Shown here piece after piece: positions 21,337 through 35,500 of a stretch of DNA of 38,411 nucleotides. The position numbers were made by a program, and so were the translations under genes. The DNA is from Geosiphon pyriformis uo1 (taxonomy: Eukaryota > Fungi > Glomeromycota). The stretch is taken from assembly GCA_016748015.1 (NCBI GenBank), contig JAAOMT010000526.1:26485-64895 (forward strand), read 5' to 3'. Every line of letters begins with the position of its first letter. The first letter of the stretch is position 1. The notes under the pieces were generated by a model. That model did no database searches. It saw nothing but the letters and a program-made list of their open reading frames with translations, and was not told where the DNA came from.

Positions 21337-24300
21337 ATAGACCTAGTCGAATATGGGAATTTTGTTCTTCAATTTAATCGACAGCATCCTGATGCCACTG
21401 CCAACACAATTCACAAAGAGTACCTCAAGACACAACAAGGTAAGCAAGCAATGAATACACGTTTATTGGGAGAATAGTTAGAATGTTATCAATGCTATTG
21501 CAAGAGAGGCAGTTGAGTGTCATTAGTTGGGTAGAGCTGAAACATAGCAGAGCTAGATTATACATAAACTCACTCTGGGAGACAAGAGACATTATGGATT
21601 AATAGAGGAGCAATGGGGGTTCGTAGAGTAGCCATGGGGTCAACAGAAGGAGAATAGTTGGAATGCATTACAACATGCGCGTTGGGAAAAGTATAGAATA
21701 GAGCATTATTGGATATACCTAAACTCATTTCAAAGATGAACTGGAGGAGACAAGGAATATATTATTTATGTGTTTAGGTTAAATAGAATAGGAGCAACAG
21801 AGGGAGAATAGTTAGAATGTTATTGCTTGTCTCTATCTCATTATCTATTATCCATGCTCATACCTAGCTCACAGTGGCTCAGCACAACAAACATTATCGA
21901 GTCAAAAGCGTGTATTTGAGAAGGCCTTTACCGTCACGTTCCGAGATCCTGGTGGCTATCTAGGTGCACTATGCAAACAGATAAGTCAAGTTGCAGGCAC
22001 TGAGAACTATTACAATTACTTGACTATCATCCAGTCATCAGGGTATGGAAAGACAAGGGCAGGCTGTGAACTTGCAGCTGAATTCCCCTTTGTATATGTC
22101 TGCTTTCGCGAAAATGGCTCAACTGGATACCCTCTGGCCACCATGAAGAGTATGGATATGCTAAGAAACTTAAATGCAGCAGAGGACATAGATAAAGCTG
22201 AAATCGAGGCATTGGGCTGGATTCAATCGATCATCTCGACGTTTCATATGAAAAAAGAAGAATTTCTCAAGAATCGACCGCAAGAGAAATATCAACAAGC
22301 ATTGCTGAAAAACCAGGTAATGTAATTGTTTTACTTGCCAGGTATTAATACAAATGTGCTCTGACATTTTTTTAGGAACAAGCCAGTGAATTCTGGAACA
22401 CTGTCAACCTCGATCGTGGGAAGAAAAATATGCCGAAAAATAAGGAGAAGATAATTCTTTTTATCGACGAAGCCTCTGCTCTACTCTGTATAGATTTATT
22501 TCTAATTTCTGAGCAAATGCAGTTCTTATCAGAATCAATATTCATGCTTTTGACTCATCTTGTAGCTAAAAAGACGGATCAAGTGGATAGTACTAAAAAA
22601 AATTAGGCGTTTAGAGCAATTCGGCAGGCCCTACTCAAGTATCAGGCTTACGTTACCGGTCTCTTGACAGATACGAATTCCTCAGTTGCCAACTTGGCAC
22701 CTCAGTTTTATAATGATAATTCAGTATGTATTAAAAATTAGCTTTCAATTTACTTTTCTGAAACCTTAGTTGTGTTCTTTAATTAATAAATTACAAACAA
22801 TACAATAAGTCTATAAGTGAAAATTGACATTAATGATAATGTTTCATAGGCGAGAAGCTATAGCCTTAAAGTCCATAAACCATTCATCTACTTGGCCACG
22901 ATGGATTGTCTAAGGTTAGCTTTTTTGTCTTCTTTTTATCATCTATGTCTATGACTACACACTCAATGGGGTTTTGTAGTGAGGATATTCCATACAATGA
23001 GAACAGTTCAGGTCATGATATCATCTGGTTTGGCAGACCATTATGGGGTTCTCGGTGGCAATCAGCTGAAACTTGGGAGTTAGACATGGACAAATTTAGG
23101 AATATTATACAACTTGCCAAATTTAAGCTTCTTGGAGGAATGAACGATTGGAAACAAAATGCTGAGATAAGAAGAAAAGCGGCACTTACTGTAATTGCTT
23201 GCATCACCACTTTATATATCTCCCCGGTCTCAAGCGTGGCACCTGATCTCATCAAGTCTCATATGGCAACGTTGATAGCCATTGATGATGATCGTAAGAA
23301 TCATCTGATAACTTACCCATCTGAACCTGTATTGGCCGAAGCTGCATTGGAGGTGCTATCAGAAAATGGTTTAGTGGTGCTAGAAGAACTGGATGCTGTC
23401 AACAAATTCAGTGGAATTTTTGATGCAGGGATCCAGGGGGAGCTGGTTGTGAGGTTGTTATTCTTAAGTGCATGGCGTCGATTAATCTGCTCGGAGAGAA
23501 ATGATGATAAAAAGGTTTATATAAAACATTTTTATTCTGGTCATCATTTGCATCAACTTATTCTTGTCCATTTACCTTGTTAGGTTTCATTTTCAGTCAG
23601 ACGTCCAGTTCTCAACTTCCTTCAAGAACTTTTCGAATGGGATCTTCCAAACAAATTTTCCTACCTAAAAGACTTCGAAGTAGGATTTACCCATTTTATC
23701 GGACTTACAAAAAGACCAGATATATCAATGCTCAAGAACATTTGGGTTCGACGCAGTGCTATGCATTTTAAGCACAATCAACAAGGTTCAGATTTTGGCT
23801 TAGTTATTAGGCATAAGACAAAGGCGCTCTTAAGAGCATTGGTGGTACAGGTTAGTGTGATTACAATTTCTGCGGAACATTTTCGCCTTAGACAAAAAAG
23901 AAACTAATATGCAATGCATAGGTCAAGAATCATGCAGTTAAGCAGAGCAAAGAAGAAGAAAGATTTGCAATAGGATGTCTGCTTGAGCCTACTATTACCT
24001 TCCTCGATGACTGTGCTAACCATATTAAGGATGGCTATCTGGGCATTTATGTACAGATTAGTGAGAAACTTTCGGTCATAAATTTTATATAGTAGTAATT
24101 TTTGTGGGAAGCATAGAGACTTTTAGTAAACGCTGTCTATTTCTTAAAGGCCCAGTAGATAAAGGCACTCCTAAGCTTATATCAGATGAATATACCCGAC
24201 CGAATACACGATCATCTAATGAGCATCCTAAAAGTGTTAAATGGCTCATTGTCCATGGTCTGGGTTCCTTTAGATTCGAACATTGGGATATACTTGAGAA

Positions 24301-24569
24301 TATTCTTTGTGCATGGGCTGATCCAATACGATTCTGCAATGAAGAAGAAACGAATTTTTTGTATTACATGTTACCTTGTGTTTATGGGGCGGTTAAGGCT
24401 AAGAGGAGGTAATTTCTTTCTGTGCTCAAAGCTATTATTTCACACGGTAACAAATATTATAATTCACAATAGCAGGTTACAAGTTAGTGATGAGCAAGGA
24501 GAAAGTTCAATAACTGTGAAAAAGCCCAATAAAAAGCCCAATAAAAAAGGTAAGAATAAAGCACAGTAA
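21337..24569 (+). pseudogene. Crinkler-type P-loop NTPase + PD-(D/E)xK nuclease-fold gene, 10 exons, ~738 aa, with ATA start and one premature TAG
   Basis: Hand-spliced exons 21337-21439, 21868-22316, 22376-22487, 22566-22723, 22850-22914, 22980-23514, 23584-23850, 23922-24060, 24117-24408, 24473-24569; all GT-AG, total 2217 nt = 739 codons. Motifs: IIQSSGYGKTR (Walker A), ILFIDEA (Walker B), FRAIRQAL, DTNSSVANLAP, FGRPLW, YPSEPVLAEAA, GELVVRL, FTHF, NQQGSD..VQVKN. TAG at 22604-22606. Confidence 0.8.
21468..21825. repeat. Degenerate ~150-180-bp tandem repeat in intron 1
   Basis: GGAGAATAGTT(A/G)GAATG at ~21469, ~21649 and ~21803. TAAACTCA, GGAGACAAG and GGAGCAA recur in the same order. Confidence 0.65.
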
Positions 24570-27045
24570 TGATAAATTAGTAAGTAGAAACTTTGCTACA
24601 CTCCAAATAGAATTCTTTTCAAAAAAAAGGACACATTATACAGTTATAATGGATGGACGAATAAGATTCTTATCAAATTAAACTTATAAAAAGGTAGCTA
24701 TTAAATTGCATAAAATGATATGGATAGAAACCTTTTGTCTGATAAAATAAATGAAATTTTTCTTCAGTCGAAAGCCTCAGCCTTAATTCATAGCATTATG
24801 TTTCACGTGATAAAAACAAAACACTTGAGAGAAAGGATAGAGGTATTGAAAAACCTTTAAAGATATACTGTATGTTTCAAGCTAGTTAATCAATGAACAC
24901 AATGCCAAAAATTTCTTTTAATAACTGAATTAGCAATGATAAAATATTGTGAATCAGTTTTAATAAAAATAAAGAATTTAATAAATATTAACATAATAAT
25001 AAAACTACATATATATTATGAAAAAACATGTAATTGTTTTATTGTTATGCTAATACAGCATTGAAAAATACAAAATAATAAAAATTATATATATAATTGT
25101 CTATATATAGAAAATTATAATTAGAATAGTTTAATTAAATATAGAAAAGCAATGTATTTTTTAAAAATTATTGTTGTTTAAAAAAATTTGTTGAATTACA
25201 TAAAACATTTTAAATTAAACAAAAAATATTTTTAACAGCTTAATTAAAGACAATAAATAATAAAAAAATAATATTTTAAAAATAATACATTAATAAAAAA
25301 ACTTTTTATTATTAAGATTATAATATACTGTTTTATTAAAAAACATATTTTAATATATTAAAAATTAGTTGTTATTATTCATAAAAAAAATATAAAAATA
25401 ATTAAAAATATCAAATTATTTTATATTATAAAAATAAAAACTTTTTTTTTTCTATGTTTAATTCCCCAAAAAACAATTTTTGAAAAAGAAGTTTTTTGTT
25501 TTTATTTATCTGTAATCTTATCTTTAATATTTTTTAAGCTAATAATCCTTTTGTGGTAAACCTAAAAGCTGCTTTAAGTAACAACATATCTAAAAAAAAA
25601 TGCCCAAAAATGCTTTTTATGACTCAGTTAGAAGCATTTTCTTTCAGAAAAAGAAGATTTTTGTAGATAATATCAAACATTCTGGTTAAATTTGGCTTTA
25701 TTAATAGTATGTACTCGAATATAAAGAGTAAATTTAGTAACAATAAAGTTGATAATACATTAATAAATATTGGTGGTAATTTTTTTCTTAGCTCAATTGT
25801 AACAACTTCTAAAACTAAAAAAACTAATACTGGTTTGAATTATAATTTCTTTATTGGTATAATCGACTATAAAATAGATAAAAATAAAAGATTTTTTCTC
25901 TCTTCTCTTAATATTTCTTTTGACAAAAAGTGAGTTGACTCAAAGATTATCAAAACTCAGATTGAAGTATTTATTAAAAAATTTTTTACTTTTAATATCA
26001 ATTTTTCTGCAATAAAAAAAAATCAGCTACAGCAAAAATTCAAGTAATTAGAAAAATGTTTTTAGTAATCAGTAATTTTAGAGGAGCCACTACTGTTTCA
26101 AAATTTAAAGGAATTGTTAGATTTATATTTACATTAAAAAAGAGCATAGAAAAAACTACATCATTGGCCAAAGAGAAAGACATTATTGTAAACACTGATC
26201 TCAGAAAACAAAAAATCAAGTTAGATTAGGCTATAATAATTAAAAAAATTCTTATAGACATGCCAAAAATAATCATTAGTGTAATTACTGAATATAATCA
26301 GATCATGTTAATTAAATTGCAATTTATTGAGTTATAACAAAAAACTATAATAAAATTTGCTAAATTAGTTTAAGCAAATTAGTTGGCTGTAAAATAATCT
26401 TTCTTAATTGAAAAAGATTCAGTACTTATAGCTAAGGCTGTAAAAAATTGCAAAACTTAGATGTCTAAAGATCATTTTAAGACACTTTTGTTTACTTTGT
26501 CTATAGAAACAACTGCTTATAATCTTAGTAATGTGTTAAAAAGAACTGGTGAGAAAACTTGTATTATTAATTGCTCATTCAACACTAACAACTGGGTTTA
26601 CTGTGCTATAATTGGCTTTAAATTAGATAAAAAACTAGAATCTGCTTTTGTACAGAGCTAATTTTTGGTGATATAAAATTATTTTGGATTAGAATTGATT
26701 TGGTTTAATATAAAAAATGTAAAAAGTTTAAACATTTTGCTTTAGAGTATAGTGCACCAAATGTTTTTATTTTTAAGCCTTTAAAAATATTTAAAAAAAT
26801 TGTTTTAGATGTAAATTATTTTCAATTAACCAAATTGTATGCAAAAAAAGTGTTTTTATTTCTCATTCTGCTGTTTTTGGTAACAAATTTTAGACACAAA
26901 TGGTTTTACTTGCTGCTATCTTTGAGAATATTTGTTTTGATTTTGGTTCTGAATTTTTTTTTTAATATGTCATGTATTAAAAAAAGTCTTATAGTTGCCC
27001 AGAATAATTTATTTATTAGTGTTTACTTGGCTTTTTTGGAATGTT

Positions 27046-27941
27046 TTTTGAAGTTTTTGGCTGATCAAGTGTTGAATATTATGCAAAAATTAAGTAGTAT
27101 AGACCTAATACCACTGGTGTTTGCTTTTTAGTTTTTTTTTTCTAGTGTATCTGTTTTTTTGAATTTAAGATTAGATTTGAATATGGTTTTAGATAACTCA
27201 TTTGAGCCACTTACTTTTCTTTTTTTAATTGCAAATAATATGATTTCAAATTTGAGTTTAAGCAATTTGAAGGTTTTGACCACCAAAATAGATGAATTAA
27301 AATTTAAAATAGTGGTTTTTAAAGTTTTTGTTAGTTTAATTTTGACAAAATTGGATTAGTTGTGTGTTGGCTTAGATTTTTTAATGTTTTTTTTATTTTA
27401 ATAATTGATCTAGTTTAGAAGTTTACTATGTGTAATGTTTAAAGTCTTAATGTTTCTGCAAAGCAAAAAAACATTATTCATTGNNNNNNNNNNNNNNNNN
27501 NNNTTTTGAAGTTTTTGGCTAATCAAGTGTTGAATATTATGCAAAAATTAAGTAGTATAGATCTAGTATCACTGGTGTTTGCTTTTTAATTTTTTTTTTC
27601 TGGTGTATCTGTTTTTTTGAATTTAAGGTTAGATTTGAATATGGTTTTAGATAACTCATTTGAGCCACTTACTTTTCTTTTTTTAATTGCAAATAATATG
27701 ATTTCAAATTTGGGTTTAAGCAATTTGAAGGTTTTGACCACCAAAATAAATGAATTAGAATTTAAAATAGTGGTTTTTAAAGTTTCTGTTAGTTTAATTT
27801 TGACAAAATTGGATTAGTTGTGTATTGGCTTGGATTTTTTAATGTTTTTTTATTTTAATAATTGATCTAGTTTAGAAGTTTACTATGTGTAATGTTTAAA
27901 GTCTTAATGTTTCTGCAAAGCAAAAAAACATTATTCATTGG
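27046..27941. other. 20-N assembly gap (27484-27503) flanked by a ~438-bp direct duplication
   Basis: 27046-27483 and 27504-27941 are near identical, differing by about a dozen transitions. Confidence 0.92.
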
Positions 27942-30273
27942 TATATGAGCCTAAATAATATGATTTCAATTATCATAGAAACAAAATTAAGGTCTAATAT
28001 TAGACTCTGAGTATTGAACAAGTTTAATGGAGTGTAGATTTTTATATCTGGTTTGAATAAAAATTTTCTTAATACTGGAATGGCTATTATTGTGAACAAT
28101 TTTCTGGCTTAATATGTTTCTAAGATAGAAAAAATTCCTGGTCAGATTATTTCAGTAAGACTTCTATTCAAAAAAAAATTGTTAGTTATAATCTTAGATT
28201 TATATGCTGGTAATTTTACCAAAGTAAGATTTGATCAGACATTAAAAATTAATTTTTTTGTTGCCAAAGCAGTTAATTCTAATCCTTTTGTTGTATTGAA
28301 TAAGAACTTCAACAAAAATAGTTCAAAAAAGAGAACAAGTTTCAAATTTTGTGTGAATTTAAAATTAATCAACTCATTTTGTAAATATTCATTGATTAAA
28401 GCTTTTACTTAGAGCAATTTTAGGAGCATTAAAAAGATTATTGATTTTATTTTTGTAAACCAAAATTTGGCATCTGTATTTATTAGTTATAGAGTTGACT
28501 TTGTATCTAATTTTTTTAATACCAATTATAAAACAATTTCAATTACAATTGGCTTAAGTAGTTTTTTGGACATTGATTTTAATAATATATATAAATAAGC
28601 TAATAAAGACAGATGAAAGTTTAAAATCAAAAATACTGATGTTAGTAAGTGGACAATTTAGAAAGTGTTCATTAAACAAATTTTTGAGAAAAATAGTGAG
28701 TTTTAATAATACAAAGAGTTGTAATGATCTAGATACAATATGAAAAATTTTGAAAAAAGTGATAATTAGCTTTGTTGATGAAATATTTTTTAAACTTTGG
28801 TTTTGTGAGTTCAACTGTTTAAAAAATAAGCTGTTATTAAGATTTTTCAAGCTGGAATTGTTGGTGACCAAGATCATACAAAGTTTGGGTTTGAATTATG
28901 ATTTAAAAACTGATCATTTTATTGGTATCTAAGCTATTATTAATAAAAAAGAAGTTGTCAAAATACATGTCATAATTGATAATAGTAATAGTCTAGAAAA
29001 AATTTTGTATCATCTGTTAAGAATCAAAAAAAAAATTATAAATCCAAGTATTATGAGTTTAAAGTTGTCAGAGATAATCTTATTAGAAAAGTTATAAGCA
29101 AGTATATAGAAAATTTTTGTTTTGATAAAAAAAAAATGATTGAAAATGTTCTGAATTAGCTATTTTGAAAAGTGGTACTTAATTATTTGATAGTTAATAA
29201 TAAACTGATTCTAGAGCCATATAAAGTCAAATTCACAATTAACACAATTATAGAAAATTAGACAAAAAAGCATATAATGCCTAATATTTTGTTTGATTGT
29301 TGGTCTAATTAATATGCTCTTTTAGGTTATGTAGATGATAATGTCTTCTCAAAAGTAATATGCAATATTAAGTTTAATGAGTTTTTGCAAATTATCAAAA
29401 ATCTACCTAATAAAAAAGCTGCTAGTTTATTTGATATTCTTAATAAGCTTTAAAAACATGATAATAAGTAAGTTTTAAGTAGTTTGTTGAATATTTTCAA
29501 TGTGTGTTTGGTGTTGGGTGCAGTTTTTATACAATGAAAAAGAGTTTGAGTTTCTATAATACCAAAGCCATATAATTAGAAAGAAATTTTTATGAATACT
29601 AAACTGATAGCTTTGATTAAAACAACTTAAAAAATCTTATTTAAGATTCTTTTAAATAATATTTTTTTGGTCTGTAGCAATTTTAATGTCTTGTATAGTA
29701 ATAATTTCTTAGTTTTAAAAAGCACATTTATCTAAACTTTGATCTTTGCTGTTGGTTTTATTGTTGAAAATATATTGAAGAAAAATAGAAAACTGTGACT
29801 AGTTTTTCAAAATATGTACAAAACATATGATTTTGTTAGGTAATATTATTTAAAAAACAGTTTAATTAAAATCAAAATATGTTTCTGTTTTATTAAGGTT
29901 TTTGAAAGTATATACAATGATTAAATTAATCAGATAATAATAAATTTTGGGCTTGCAAATAGGTATATTATTCATGATAAGCTAGATCAGAATGAGATTT
30001 TTTTATCTTTATTGTGAAAAATTTTTATGATTTTTTGCTCTGCAAAGTTAAAATACATGAAAGTTTGTTTGGCTATAGGCTGAATTTAAAATTTTTTACA
30101 TGAACTGTTAAATAAAGTTATAAAGATAGCATAACATTTTTTTTAGCAGTAAAAACTTTTGTTGATTAATACAATTTAGATTAGAAATAGCATATTTACT
30201 ACTTGACATATTTTAAATATAACTAGTGAATTTTTTTGAATCAATAATATTTTAATTAATACAAATAAGATAG

Positions 30274-30951
30274 TGTTATGGTTGAAACTTACACTTTTTA
30301 TTAGTTATCACATATATTAGCTACTAATGTCATATAATTAGCCATACTATTTTTAGATAGTGATTATTAATCTAATTAATGAGCTGACTATTGACTTAAT
30401 TATTGACCTAATCATTGATCACTTTTGATAGTTATATAAGTGATGAATTTCTTAGCTGTAAAATGACATGTCAAAAATCAAGAAAATTAAATAAATAAAA
30501 TAACAACTTTTATCTCAATTCTTTTCTTATTATTAATTTCTCTTTTCCTACATTCAAGTATCTGAACATCTTGGAATAAAAGATTACTTGTTGGTTATTT
30601 CCTACTTTTTTTCTGAAATATGTAATTGTAACATTTGAAGATTATTAAATAAAATATGACTGAAAAATATCTGATACTTAATATTGAATTCTAAAAACAT
30701 TAATATGAGACATAGAATTATACCAGTGTGTAATTATTTGTTGACAGTATAGACTATTTTTCTACTTTTAAATTCTCTAATTATCTTTTTAAAAGTATAG
30801 TGACTGAAATATTTTATAAAACTGATTTTGTATATTGAATTTATACTCATTCAATTCGCTTTTTAAAGTTAAATTCTCTTTAATTCTTTTTATTACTCTA
30901 CAATCCTGTTTTTTCTTGTTATTCATTAGCTTATTACTCTAATCTGTAATA
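30274..30951 (+). repeat. 5' LTR of Gypsy copy 2
   Basis: TGTTATGG...TGTAATA, 678 bp, direct repeat of 37269-37946. Confidence 0.93.
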
Positions 30952-31003
30952 TAAAAATAGTGCTTTCTGTGAAATTGTCAAAATTTATTTTGTTTCCTAT
31001 TAT

Positions 31004-32545
31004 ATGGGTAATTATTCATATCTGTTACAACAATCAGAAAAACACTTTAAAGCACACAACAAAAACGACCTAGACTTTATTGAACTTAATTTTTTGCCCT
31101 TCTGCTTGATTTGCTTCCCATTAAAGAACAATCTAGTAGACAATTCCAAGACTTTTGAAACTGGTTTCTGAACAAACATTCAGCTGAAACTTATACAGCT
31201 TATACAACTTATTATTTTAAACAAGCTTATTTTGAAGACAACTTTGAAAAAAGAAACAACAGCATTAATCAACTTTTATATTCCACAATCTTTGAATAAC
31301 AGCCTCCTGATTTCAAATACTTGAATTACTAAATTCACATTTGGATTGCTGCCCACCAGCTAGCTGAAACACTCTTTGAAACAGAAGAAGAAAGTTATTA
31401 AACTGCTTCTGTTTTTAATATTTTCTTAAGTAAATTAGAACATTTTACACAAACAGCTACTTTTGAACTAATAACTAATGACTATATACAACAAAACATT
31501 CTAATCACCTTTCAAGGCATACAAACTGCTTTAGAGCGAAGAAATAACACCTCACTATTTTTATTTAAAAGCAATGCACAAGATCCAATTGAATGATTAA
31601 ATGACTTTGAAAAAGCTGCTACAGCCAACCAATATAATAATAAATACAAGTTTCAAATTGTTGATGGCTATCTTCAAGACTTTTCTGCTATTTGGTTTTT
31701 ACAAAAAACTAATATAAATGCTTAGCAAAGAATCATTAGATAGATATTAGCAAATGTTAAAAAAGATAACACCTTTTTTACTATCTGGTTTAAAATAAAA
31801 TTTAGAACCCCTATTTTAATATCTAAATAGTACATAGAATTAGAAAAAAGAACCCAAGATCTTGGTGAAGTTATAATTAAATATGCCAAAGCAATCAGAA
31901 AGTTAATCAAATAAGTAGACTTTAGAAGAAATTAGACAGAAAAACAGAAAATTCACTCCTTTACAAAAAGATTAAAAACTGATCTCTTATATGCTTTTTG
32001 TCCTTTTCTGGCTCTAAAAAACAATCTCACAATAGACATGGCTAGTGAACTTGTCCAACAAATTAAAAACAACCAAAGGATGCACTTGAAATCTACACTA
32101 CTAGTTTTTGCTTCTGCTCTTGCTTCTGTTATGGCTTCTGCTTTTCAAATGGCTGCTATTTCTTTCACTATTCAGACTTCAAATCTTAATAAACAATTAA
32201 TAGATAGACTCACAGTTAATATTGCCCAGTTATTAGAGCTTTTAGCCCAAAAAATCAGAGAAAATCAACAACTCCAAAAATCCAGATTTGAATCTTGTTT
32301 TAATCAATTCTAGCAACTTTCTTATTAAAAACAGCAAAATTATGACCCACCAATATGTTATCACTGTAAATTAACTGGATATTTTTTCAAAGATTGTAAT
32401 AATTCTCTTTTGCTTCCTCCAGTTCTCAGAAACAATTACAATCAAAAACAACAGAGTTCTCAATTAAAGACTCAATCATGCCAATATCAATTTCTTTAGA
32501 AAAGATCTCTTAATTAAAGCTACTGTTTATTAGCTTTTAAACTAG
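31004..32545 (+). pseudogene. gag: Gypsy copy 2 gag (degenerate)
   Basis: ATG GGT AAT TAT TCA start; colinear with copy 1; knuckle CYHCKLTGYFFKDC. Confidence 0.82.
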
Positions 32546-35500
32546 TAGATGCACTTCCAAAGAATAATAGTGCAAACCAACCAGAAAAAAACTTTTTTTA
32601 TGCTTTTAAATTAACTAATAATGACTATACTATAGATAAACTAGCAATTAACACCTTTAAATTAACAAAAAAAAAGAAAAAAGCCAAGGTTAAATTCGTT
32701 TTAAACCCAAACAAAGCATTCACATCAACTGTTAATAACAATAAGCCACCAAAAACTAAAGTTTTTAAAAATTCTCCAAAGTTGGAACCCCCAGAAATAG
32801 TACAAAAATCTGGTCTCTATTTCATTGTGAAAGATCTCATAGAAACTCCAGCACACATCACATTTGGCCAACTAATGACTCACTTACAATTCAGAAAAAA
32901 TCTGCAAATTATTGATACCAAAAAAGAAGATACCAAAAACCAACAAGTGTTTTTGCCAAGCTGAACTCACTGACAACAGCAATATTATTTCTCTGATTTG
33001 CAAAGCCCAAGTGGCTGGCTACTTTATTGATTTAATATTAAACAGTAAATTATCTGTTAGTGTAATTACTAAACACTTTCTGGAAGCCATTGGAAAAAAA
33101 ATTGATAAATCTTCTACCCAGTCTATGACCAATGTACATGTTGACAAAAAAAAAAACCTGGACATAACCAAAGCTGTTCTGTTTGCATCAATAGTATCAG
33201 CATTAAAACAGACATAAAAGTATTTGAAGCAAACAAATACACTATTATTGTTGGTAATGAGTGCTCAAGAAAGCCAAAGTATTACTTGACTATAAACTTT
33301 ATAAGCTAATCATCAGATATAGTAAAAAACCTATTATGATTAAGTATTGTTATTGAACAACTCCTCCAGTATCCAAGCAAAACCAAGAAGAAAAACAATC
33401 AGATAAATCAGATGATAATGAGAATAATAAAAAAAAGATCAAAAAGAACAAAAAAAAACTGCTGAACTCACTTATACTATTTTTACCAGCAATGGCAAGC
33501 CAATAGACAAATCTTAAAGCTAACAAAGAAGAAATCATAATAAATAGCAAGCTGATTTGCTGGCCTTACTATGATAGCCTCAAAAAAATCTTTGATAGAA
33601 AACCTGATAAGAAAGCCAAATATAGCTATTGGTAACATAGTTCTTGTATCAAGTGCTAATACAATAAACCTTTGTATTTTTCTAGTAATAAATGCAAGTT
33701 CTGTTTGATCTATTACAAAGATTTACAGCTAATTAGTTTAATATTCAGAGAAGAACTAAAAGAAGTACAGAAGTTTTTTAAGAATAAACCACCTAAAATT
33801 TAATCACTAGTTGTAAAACAAAGAGAATCTTTCTTTAAAAAAAAAAAGTAGACATTAAAAATCTGTTGGCTAAAAATAGCTCAGTTATTTCAAAACAAGA
33901 TAATATTTTTAGGCAAACTTATGTAATACAACACATTATCACTACCAGAAAAACTTGTCCAATCTATTTAAAGCCTTATTAATCCAATTAATACAATGAT
34001 GAGTTTATTAAGAAAGAGATAACCTGAATAAAAAATCTTGAATTCATACAAGAAACCAAGAGTAAATGAGCTTTTCCAGTTGTAGTGGTATTCAAGAAAG
34101 GTAAAACTCTACGCTTCTGTATTAATTATTACCAATTAAATGCCATTACTATAAAAGACATATATCTATTTCTCAAGATTAATACAATGCTAAACAAATT
34201 CAATAATGCTACTTTCTTCTTAACTATTGACTTAACTACTGGATTTTGGCAAGTAAAAATAGATCCAAAAAGCAGAAAAAAAACTGCTTTCATTATTAAG
34301 TATGGCACCTATGAATTCACAGTCATATTTTTTGGTTTTATCAATGTCTCTTCTACTTTTCAACACCTAATAGACAAAGTATTTGAATCAGTAAAAAAAA
34401 ACTTTGTTCTGGTCTACTTAGATAACATAATAGTATACTCAAAAACCTGGAATGAACATCTTAAACACTTGCAAAAGGTTTTTGAACTTCTTAAAAATGC
34501 TGGCCTCAAGATCAACTCAATCAAATCTTTTTTTGGACGTCAATCTATCTAGTTCTTTGGTTATCTTATTACAAAAGATGGAATCTTCTCTGATTCAGCT
34601 AAAGTTAAAAAAGTCCAGAACATTAAACAACCAATAAATGTTCTTGAACTACACTTTTTTCTTGGTTTGGCTTCTTATTATTGCAAATTTATCAAAGATT
34701 TTTCCAAAATTACCTTTTCTCTCAATCAACTACTTAGAAAAAATATTAATTATTACTAGAGTACTCATCAACAAAAAGCTTTTGAAACACTAAAAAAAAA
34801 ACTTGTTACTGAACTAATTCTTAAACAATCTAACCTGAATCAATCTTTTATTCTTCACACTGATACATCTAGCTATGAACTTGGTGCTGTTCTTTTACAA
34901 AAAAATAAAGATAACAGAGAACATGCTATAGTATATGTCAGTAGAATCTTTACATCAGCAGAAAAAAACTATTCAGTTACTGAACAAGAATGCTTGGCAG
35001 TAGTTTGAATTATTAGTTACTGGAATCAATATTTTCTTGGTGTAAAATTTCTGGTAGTAACAGACCATCAAGCTTTGGTTTGACTGCATAACAAAAAGAA
35101 GTTAGAACATAAATGAATAACTTGCTGAATACTCTATCTGAATAAATTTGACTATGATATTTAACACCACAAAAGAGCTAATTATCAAAACACTAATGCT
35201 TTCTCTAAACTTATTATTCAGTAATAATACAACTTTTCAACCAAACCAACTTAATTATTAGTAACTCCCTCATAAACAAACATAATAATAGACTTGAACA
35301 ACTATTCTGTCTTAATAAAATTTTTGGGTAAAAGACAATACCCACAAAACTACACTTGACAACAAAAAGAACATTTGCACAAACAATCAAATTTCTATTT
35401 GATTTGCCAAAATCAGTTATATAAAAGAAACAAAAAAAATTCAAACTATTCTCAAAGAATCATAAGATTTAAAAAAAGAGAAATTGTGATTTATAACATA

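Noticed and set aside
22020-24412. Bacterial ATPase-nuclease defence operon or several separate genes
   Set aside because: The ORF fragments join into one frame through canonical spliceosomal introns.
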